This document shows, one piece after another, positions 39,018 to 48,600 of a stretch of DNA of 64,000 nucleotides. The first letter of the stretch is position 1; each line of letters begins with the position of its first letter. The notes under the pieces are model-generated. The model was not told the DNA's origin. It worked only from the letters and a program-made list of their open reading frames with translations, and made no database searches. A program made the translations under genes and the position numbers. The DNA is taken from NCBI GenBank assembly GCA_000092065.1, contig CP000583.1; one strand, written 5' to 3'. The DNA is from Ostreococcus lucimarinus. Its lineage: Eukaryota.

Positions 39018-39587
39018 ATGGGGAAGAACCTGATCGTGTCGATCCTGCGCGTCGTGCCGCTGGCGCTGTACCTGCGGTCGGCGGCGTGTAAGTTTGCGAT
39101 TCCGATCGCGGGGTGCGACGGGGCGCTGTGCCCGGTGGCGCTGGGGAAACCGGGTGATTGCGCGCCGACGGCGAACACGGCGGAGCAATACGCGTGGTGT
39201 GAACACGCGTGGACGCCGTGGGCGAACGGGCTGATCGCGCGCGTGCCCGGGGTTTCGAGCGTGGCGCCGAAGATTCGATGCTCCAAGGCGGATGGGTACG
39301 AATTCGCGAAAATCATCGGCGCGCTCGAGGTGCTGGGATACCTGGCGCTGTGGACGACGCCGGCGCGGGGGGCGTTTCTGCTCACAGCCATCATGGCGGG
39401 AGCGATTCACTTTCACATGACGTTCCTGAAGGATCCGATCGGGAAGCTGACGATTCAGTTTGCGCTGTTATTCGCGTCGGCGACCATCGCGATGCTGACG
39501 ACGGAGAAGAAGGCGAAGAAGAAAGCGACGACGAAGTCAAAGTCGACTCGACGCACGACTTCATCGAGAAAGACGAAGCGAGGATAA
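39018..39587 (+). CDS. DoxX-family-like small 4-TM membrane protein with Lys-rich C-terminal tail
   Basis: Coding-like portion of track ORF 38787..39587, from ATG 39018 (MGKNLIVSILRVVPLALYL...EFAKIIGALEVLGYLALW...AGAIHFHMTF...TTEKKAKKKATTKSKSTRR). Similar layout to the gene at 61091..61591. Confidence 0.4.
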   Translation: MGKNLIVSILRVVPLALYLRSAACKFAIPIAGCDGALCPVALGKPGDCAPTANTAEQYAWCEHAWTPWANGLIARVPGVSSVAPKIRCSKADGYEFAKIIGALEVLGYLALWTTPARGAFLLTAIMAGAIHFHMTFLKDPIGKLTIQFALLFASATIAMLTTEKKAKKKATTKSKSTRRTTSSRKTKRG

Positions 39588-39681
39588 ACTCGTGGATGAC
39601 GATGAACGTGACGCACGATCACGAACGATGGTTGCGACTTATTTAAAAAGTAATATCACGTACAGCATGTTACAAATCGCG

Positions 39682-42600
39682 TCAACACTCCGCGCGCAAC
39701 GCCTCGAGGATGAAATCGTTCACCGTCGGGCACATGGCGTCGGAGAGGATCTCACACACGTCTAAAAGCTCTTGCGCATCTTCCGCGTCCATCGCTTCGT
39801 CGAGCCATTCGAGAGTGTCTTTCGCACCGGATATCATGGAAGGGATATCGTGGAGTCGCTCGTTCAGGGTGACGGCTTCCGGCGAGCCCGTCGTCGTGGA
39901 CGCCGGCGCTTTGCCGATGGTCACCGCGTTTCCGAGGTCCGGTCGACGTTTAGGTTTGAACCACTCAAACATTTTGTTCACCAAACCGAAATAAATCAAC
40001 ATCGGTTTTAGCTTGGCGTAGCGATCGAGTTCGTTAAGCTGTTCCCACGGAACGCTCGCAGAGACGTCGACGCTCGCCGGGTACGTCGCGATTCTCGCGC
40101 ATTCGTACTTCTTCGTGTGCCTCAAAATCGCTATCAGCGCGTTGCGTCGAGACGCTTCCCATTGATCGTGCGACCAGACCGCGAGCGAAAGCACGAGTGC
40201 TGCCGGTAGGAGCGGTGAAAAGCTAAACTCGCGATCGTTCCATATCTCATCTTCGCACGAAAGGCGGGCTAGCACGGCGTTGTACTCTTCCAATCCTTTC
40301 TGCGGGCACAATGAGACTTGATGGACGAGCAATCGCACGAGGTGCGGAAGGAGACTCATGTTGCTATCTTTTCCACCGCCACGACAGTCAGCGCTGAACG
40401 ACGCCCCCATGGCGAATCGACCGAGAAGTAGGCTGACGTCCCAAGCGACTTGTCGCGCGCGCGTCGGCGGCGAAATGAACGCGCCGACAGAGAAGCAATT
40501 TTGCCACCACGCATCTACCGCGGCGGCGTATGAAGCATCTGTGACCATATTCCCCATCACCGGTAGCAAGTTGTTGCATAGTGTCTCACTGTTGCGTAAC
40601 GCAGCGCCTTCCCACTCGCGCTTGGGAGTTCTCAACGCGACGTCCGCGCGCTTGGCGGATTGGTGACACGAAAAGTGAATCGCGTTGAAGTGCGATACAG
40701 TGCATACAGTCTGAGACATATCTCCGTTCGCAGATGGAGTTGATGCAAGTTTATTGAAGCAATAGATCCCGAGAAGCTCGTTCGGTTTCAACACGTATCC
40801 TTCAAAGCAAACTCTACAAACAATTGAGTCTTGTTCGCTTTCCATAGCCATCGAGTCGTACCCTCGCAGAGATCTGGGAGAGTGAGAGACGCCGATGGTA
40901 GACGCTCCCGGACTCGAGGAGTTTTTGACTACTGTCATGCCCATTTCAGTGAGCATTTGTTGGCGCTTTGCGAGTGCCTTGCGACGATTCGCTTCTTTCG
41001 TCTCTGCTCGCAAATTATCCAAATGTTTCTGTACCAACTCGGATCCGCTCGCAAACGTCTCCAGACAGTTCTCTGCCAAAGTTCCAATATCACGCTCGGT
41101 GACTGATTCAAGTTTATGTAGTAAGTCAAGCAGTGTCGGATGTTTGGTGACGTCGAGAGTGTAGCCCAGTGTGATTCCGTTCAAAAGCTCGAGCGCAAGC
41201 GGTAAGCCACTCCGCTTCATCGCCTTATTCCACGCGTCAGAACCACGATCTTGAGACATTTCTGCCCCGAAAGCTTCAGCTTCGATGTAATTCGTGATAA
41301 ACGACACAGTTCCTTGTGACCATATCGCTTCAAGCACGCGTTGACCTGAAAAATCTCGCGGGATCGCTTCAGCCAATCTCGTTGCACATTCGAGCTCGAG
41401 CTGTAGCGCACCGTGCTGAGAGTCTTCCTCGCTCATCTCGTCAAGACGTACAAGTTTACGAATGGAAGCGTCAAAGTTCTTCGCCATGATTGCTTTTGAT
41501 TCAACGGTTGATCCCGCGAGCCTTGGAATCACACGCGCGAGGATATCGGCCTCATGCCTCTCTCGTGCTCGAATGAGCTGCTTGAGTTGAGACAGGAAAA
41601 TTTCAACGTGATTCATCTCGTGCTCGCGCACCGCTATCGCAATCGTCTGCAGCGAAGAACTACTTTTTTGAAGGCGCGGTGAACCAGGACGATGCGCTGT
41701 TTCGCTGCTCTCTTCTAATTCGCGAGCGAGCATACTGCTCGTCGATGCTGACGCTTTCAATTCACTCATTGATCCGTGGGAAGTGTCTTCTTGTTCCTCG
41801 CGCAACAGCGTCTCAATGACGAGAAGGAGTCCCTTGCCTGAACGCGAGTTCTCAGTGAAAGCTCGCGCGGCTTCGTCAAGTAAACTTGCGAGCGCTCCAA
41901 TCGCGAGCATATGTTGTCTATTCTTCTTCACGTAGCATGCTGATCGAAGGATTTCAAGAAGTTTTGCCGAAGCGTCTTCACCGCCGGCGTACAATGCAGA
42001 TGAATTGTGCCGAATCTTTGGTAACAGTTGAATCAAAGTTTTAAAGCCAACATCTTCTTGGAAAACATTTGTGCCAGCAAACTTTGTTTCGATGTCTTCG
42101 TCTTCCTCTTGTACCGGCGCGAGTTCATCAACGCGCTCTTCCGTCGCTTCGCCATCCAAACCGCTCAGGCGGAAAGTCACCGCCATTGGTGGACCGATTG
42201 GATCGTTTGGAGAAACATTTTGACGTCGCTGAGTGCCATTGAATAATGAAGGTATCCAAATTCGTTCGAAAACATCTTCCACGGAGAGATCAAGGCTGAT
42301 TATTTGATTCGAAACCAATAACTCCATCCCAAAATCATCTTCGAGCAGGCCTAACATTTCCAACTCATGACAGATGAGATTCTTGACATCTCTCATCAAC
42401 GGCTGCGCGCTCATTTGTGCAGTCGAGTATGGATTTCGCGCCATCGTGCCGGGAATGAACTCTTCTTGACTCGCACTTTTCAGTAGTCGTAAAAGATACA
42501 CCTTCGATGGCGGAGCTCGAGGTAATACCAACATCGCAAGTTCATTCAATATGATGCACAGTGGCAGACGCGTCTTGTCAACTTGGGGTCGAACATGCGC

Positions 42601-45600
42601 TCGAGCAATTTTGACGCAAATCTTCGCCACTTCTTGCTGCATCGATTCTGATGACTCCAAACAGAATGATAGAAGTTCATCAAACGTCTCAGCGGCATTC
42701 ACAGCGCTAGGCATTTGACAAATTTGCAAAGTACGCGCACACAAGACAGAGCGGACGAGCGTCTCCAATCCAGTTTTGTTGAACTCTTTCATAAATTTTG
42801 TGGACTCCTTGAAAGTATCCCTTAAGAGCATCGAAATCGCATGTAATCCAGATCCGATGTCAACATTCGTTGATGCGAAAAGCGCCTTGTCGGATGCGGT
42901 GAACTTGCAACCAATATCCAATTCTTTTTGAAGTATCGATAGTAAAATGTCCACGAGTTTGCGAGTGTCATTCAACTTCATGATGATTGACTCGCTACGA
43001 AGCGTGAGACTCAGGGCGCTGAGATAATCCGCATACGATTCCTGTTCGATGCTTTTTATTGAATCGATGAGAAGGCTTCCAACCTCGACGTTCATCTCAT
43101 CGTCTTGCCGCAACACGAGACCAAAAATTTGTAGAACTTCTCGACGAACAAACTTTGAACCGCAGTGGAGTGCAGATACAAGTATAGGAATTAAACCAGA
43201 CATATTCGCAGATTCTTTCATATCTGCGATGCTGTAATTGTCCAACACTTTCGCTGCGGCGACAATTTCCTGCAGAATGCTAGAGTTCGTCATCGCTTGC
43301 TTCACTAGATCGAGAGCCGGGAGGAGAGTGTTCTCAACGAGAACTGCATTTGAACTCAATTGTTCAGAATTTAATGTCGTGCACGCCAAGGAAATGAGCG
43401 CTGATCGCTCACCGCCCGGAGTCAAAGCCGTTCCCGCTTCCAAGCGATATGTACTAGCGTGTACCAAATCTTTAAGAAGTAAGATGTCTTGATTGCTCTG
43501 TGAAATCATCGTCCCATGCCAGGCGTTCACCTGAAGTAATGAATCGCTTGCTCTCTCAAAGGCAGCCTCGCAAAGAAATTTGGCAACTTCATCGCTCCCG
43601 GCTGCCATGTTTGATAAAACAGTGCGAACTGTGTTGCAAACCGTCAAATTAGTGATGCGAGGGTTGAGCATGCGGTTAAACAGATGGCGGTGTATGTCAC
43701 CTTGGCTGAGCGCTTTGACGCCCAAAGGCGTACGTGAAAGACTTGTGCATAATTTCAATGCACAATTCAAATAATCGCAACAGACGCCATAGTTTCCAGA
43801 TACGTTTCGTAAATCCGTTTCATCTTCCGAACTTGCTTTTGATAAGAATCGCAAAATCGCGTCGTGAATTGCGCCGCACTTGTAATTTGCGGCGATGAAT
43901 TCCATTCTTCGACCTCTGCCCACAACTTTGAACATGTGCTCAACATCTCCAGATCCCTCACCTTGCTCGAAAAGCACTCGTCTTAACGAACTTTCTGTGC
44001 TTTCGATACAGTCAGTGACACGCTTTATAGATTCCGTCTGCAGTTTCAGCTCCTCGACTGCGTTGGCGAGATCATCGCTGCTGAGCAGTTTTGGATACCG
44101 TGTGCACAACGTCGGGTGTGCACTCAATGTTGTCTGAATCTTGGCGTACCGACAGTGCCCACACTCGCTGCATATGAAAGCATCAATCTTCTCATAGTTG
44201 ATGTTTCTACAGTAACGGCATTGATACGCGTTCTCCCGGCAATTGGTGCAGATGCCATGTTTTGTGTCTGTCACTTGCCGAGCGCATCGAGGACAGTGTA
44301 ACATGGTCATCATCTTTGCTTGAACACTCTCGTGGAAAGATTTGAAAACAAAGTTCAGAGCGGATGCATCGACCGGAATTTCAAATTCAAGCTCGGCGAT
44401 GTGCGCTGAAGCAGAAAACTTCAGTGTACCGAGCAATTGCCAACGAGAGGAATCAAAAGTGCGCATGGAGCTTATATCCTTGTTCGCATCCGTACGCCAA
44501 ACTTCAACTTCCTTGACATGAATATAGCGTTTAAGCTCCGTCACGTTCATAGAAATCGACTGGATCGTCATCGATTCACGTAATTTTGTCATCGCACTAT
44601 TTTTTGTGAAAGCTTGGCTCTTCTTCAGGCTATCGAGTGTATGATCTGTGAACTCATGGCATGCAATGTACGACGTCACGTCGCGCATACTTGGCTCTGA
44701 CTCCAACCAGTACTTGTCAGACGCGTCACTTTGTAAAAGCTGACGTTGCTGCAGCGCTCGATAAAGATCTGCACGTGGATGATCGCTGACTCTCAATAAC
44801 GTGTCTTTAACGCCTTGGCAGAATTTTTCAATGCTTGTCTCAAACATAGCGATGGCATCCGTGTCAGTCATCACGATGCTCTTCGTAAACTCCAGGAGCT
44901 CATTCGCTCGATGCCCGTAGTTCCTCATGCTTTCCATCAGTACCATCAACACTCGCATTACGTCATCTCGATACGTCTCGCAAGAGTACCACATGGCTTT
45001 TAAGATGCGCGTTGCGGCAGTACGTGTATCCGATTCAACGGCAAGGAGTCCACACTTGTTGACGACAACATCCAAGTGTTGGACTATTTCTCGCATGATT
45101 GAAGTTCTGCGATGATGATCGTTCTCATCGCAGTCTCGGTAGGACTCGATGATGTGCGATATTAAGTCACATACGCTTGTGGCGAAAGCCGCCGGAAGCT
45201 GCGGCACTGCTTCCATCAAAGCTGCAACCAACTCGACCGCAAAATCAACATGCTCGAGGAAATATCGCAAGCTTTTACGACACGCCTTCGCTACTTGCGT
45301 AACTTTAAAAATAGCATCTTTCACTTCCATCAGCTCATCATACGCTACTTCATCAACATACCAATGTGAAGTAAAATTTCCACTCACGAGCTTCCGGAGA
45401 ACTGGTGCTAAATTCAACAACTCTCCAGCTCGAACTAGAAGAGCCACCTCGCCCTCTTCGTCGCCAGCGAGTTGTTTGATCATAGAAATAGCATTTTCGG
45501 AAGGACATTCTGGTGTCAGCGCGGACACGCGGGCGAGAACTTGGAGCCACTCACTTTTCTCACGCGCAGGTAAAGTACTGAGATCGAGCTTGCGAGCATT

Positions 45601-48600
45601 CGCTGAGGCATGGAGAATTGTAGAATCGAGAGCATTGATGGCGACGTCTCGAACGTTCTTCATGGGAACTTGTTGTTGGAGCAAAGCTCCATATCCTTTT
45701 TCGGCCGGCATCTCTTCTTTATCGTACGAATCGATGCGTCTTAAAAGTTCGCACGTCAACGCATACGAGTGCAAAAAAGCCTCGCGTGCGTCTTTCGTTG
45801 TGATCTCCTGTAACTGTGAGCATTCAGCCGCAATTGCGAGGCGCCAAGTAATTGCGTCGTACTCAAGAATGTCTCCACGCAGGGGCGGCAGCTTGCATAA
45901 ATCTGGATTTAAGCATTCTGAGTATGCTTCAGACAGCGATCGAACAAGTGTAGCTTGCGAACGGTACAACACGTCGTCGTTGAGCTGCATGATAGCCGAT
46001 ACAAGGTCTCGGATGCCGTTCGCTTTCGCGCACTTGTCTCGTTTGAACGCCGGATTGGGAACGAAAATACACCTTGCTTGATCTAAATTCAAGCGCTCAT
46101 TTCCACTGATCGTGGTCAGATGCCAAAGCAATGTGTCTGATGCCGCGGCGCGAACGTCCTCGCGATCGGATTTGATGAGTTTTAAGACAGATTCGACAAG
46201 ATTGGCGTCACGTTCATGAGTGAGCACAGCGATGAGAGCGTGCACGATGTGAGGTACGATCTCGTCGGCATCCCATGCTCCAGCGCCAACATGGAGCATC
46301 GCAGTCGCACTATTTGCCAATGTGGCTAAATAAGGAGATGAGTCCAACAATGCGTTTGGACGTCGGATTGCGAGACGGCCAAGTTTTCGCATCGCGCAAT
46401 AGAACTCAAAAAGGTCGTCGTCTGAGACACTCATCGGCCGCTTCAAAATTCGAGGACAGATGCGTTCGGCAACCTTGTGACCGAATAATAACGTTGAGTT
46501 ATCTTTGATGTTAACTGCTGTCAGCGTATTATCGCGAGTGTGGACACTCAATACTTTCCAGGCGATAAACTTCGCTGAACGATGTGCTGGGGTTTCCAAT
46601 GTAACAAATTGCCTTTTCCTCAACATTGATTCGTAGCACACGCGCAGCTTGCTCGATTTCAAGTCAAGCTCGCAGTGTCGCAGCGCCTGGATGATTGAAG
46701 TCGTACCGCTCAGCCACGCTGAAGAATCTGTGATCTCACTATCCTTTTGACGAACCAAGTGGCGCCTAGCACGACTCACGTGAGATGCAAGCGCATCATC
46801 AATCGCCTGAGTTTCGCTATCACGCTCAACTTTCATGTCTGCTTCAAATACATCCTCGTTGCACGCATACACCTCCATTCGGTCGATACGTATGCATAGC
46901 TGATTCACAGACTCAGCAACAAATTTGAGCTTTAGCGGTTGCGTACTACTTTTGATGGTATTAGACTCTGAGCATGTGAACGGCACGTCGTACCATCTCT
47001 TTGATTCGCGTTCAAATTTGACCACTCTTCCCCCAGGAAGGATGAGCTTTGAAGGCGCATGAGACTGCACCGTCATACCGCCAACATGAATTCGAACGCC
47101 TCGAATAACACGTAGATCTCCGCCTCCTAACTCCAATGTTAAATGTGCATCGTCAGAATTTGCCGATTCTATGTAACCGTCGTCTGATTGTAGGACGCCA
47201 CGCAACGCCGCCGGAAGTGATCCTCGATTGAAAGATCCGCCGAAGTCAACATTCGACGTTACCTTGGCAAGTTTCTCAAAAAAGTCGTACGGAAATCTCG
47301 TCACACTCGTCGAAACTTCTTCAGTACGTGCTTCTAAGAATTGACTTTTCGGCGTAGGTGACGACTTCACGGCTTCGTAAGAGTTGATTTGCATCGAACC
47401 ATCGCTGCGCAAAATGATCAGTGCAGATGGAAATTCTCCAGATCCCGTTTTCTGATATCCCACATGACCAACGACGCTTGCAGAAGAAGGAGGTATGGAG
47501 ATTATGCTCGCTTCTAAACCATCAAACACCAGTAGTGCAGCAGAATCGCCCATGGAATCCGTACTGACAAAAACTTGCGCAGGAATTTGCAACGTTGCAT
47601 CTGGACCCGGTTTGTTTGGTAAACAGAAATCTGACACCCTAAATGAGTGATGACTATCATTCAGCTTAGCTTTATTGAGCATTGCGACGGTCACTTTATT
47701 TTCCTCGTTTCGTTCGACACACGAAATGATAACTTCACCGTCGTTCGTGCTGACGATGATAACGTCGTGCGTTTCTGAGTGCATGACAGCTTGCGCACCA
47801 TTCGTATTTTGAATGTCGATTTTACTCGACTCAGTCAATTGAACGATCTCGTTTGCCTGTTTCATTCGCACTTCTTGCACATGCACATCACTTTCACTCG
47901 TTGTCATTGCGTTGCATACATGACCACGGAGTGCAGAGGCGAACCACGCTGACGAAGTGATGCAAGCCGGCGAAGTAGAAATTGTACACACGGGTGTGTA
48001 TGCATCGCAACTCAGGTCATACACACTAGTTGAGTGCTGTCCAGTGATGGAGAACAAATACGTAGAGTTCGAAACCCAAGAAGCGTCTATGATGAGCTCA
48101 AAATCATGCTCACCCGCCGGGGTTCCAAGTCGCAACCTGTCGAGAATTTCTCCGCCTCGGCCAAGTGTGCATATTTGCACCTCGTGTAAACCGACAACGG
48201 CGAGGTAATCTTTGTTCATATGGTTGAATTGAACCTTCATCACCTCGAAACCAATCAAATTCCTAGACAATGGTCTGATACCAACCTTATCTCCGAGTCG
48301 AACTGCCTTATTCTCGCTATTCGTCGGTTGCGCGCCTACGACGATATTCGCGTCCAGAATTGAAAGCTTGTCGCCTTCCGCTATGGCGAGATGCCCATCT
48401 CTCGAGCAAGCTGCGGTATTTCTGACAATGACACCGGAAAGCAGTAACTCTTGTACTTGTGCTTTGCTAGGTACCGGTCCGACTTCGAAGGATCCAGCTT
48501 TGAAATTACGAGCGACGTGTAGCGTGGCGTCAGTGTCTTTGACTTTGATCTCCAAACCATCATCAGCCAAGCTTTGGTCTACTCGTGTAACATCGTCTTC

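Noticed and set aside
38303-39416. Two 330-360-aa minus-strand ORFs full of Arg across the USB1/DoxX spacer
   Set aside because: CpG-rich bidirectional promoter region with (GACGAC)n. The open frames are compositional artefacts and overlap the plus-strand DoxX-like CDS.
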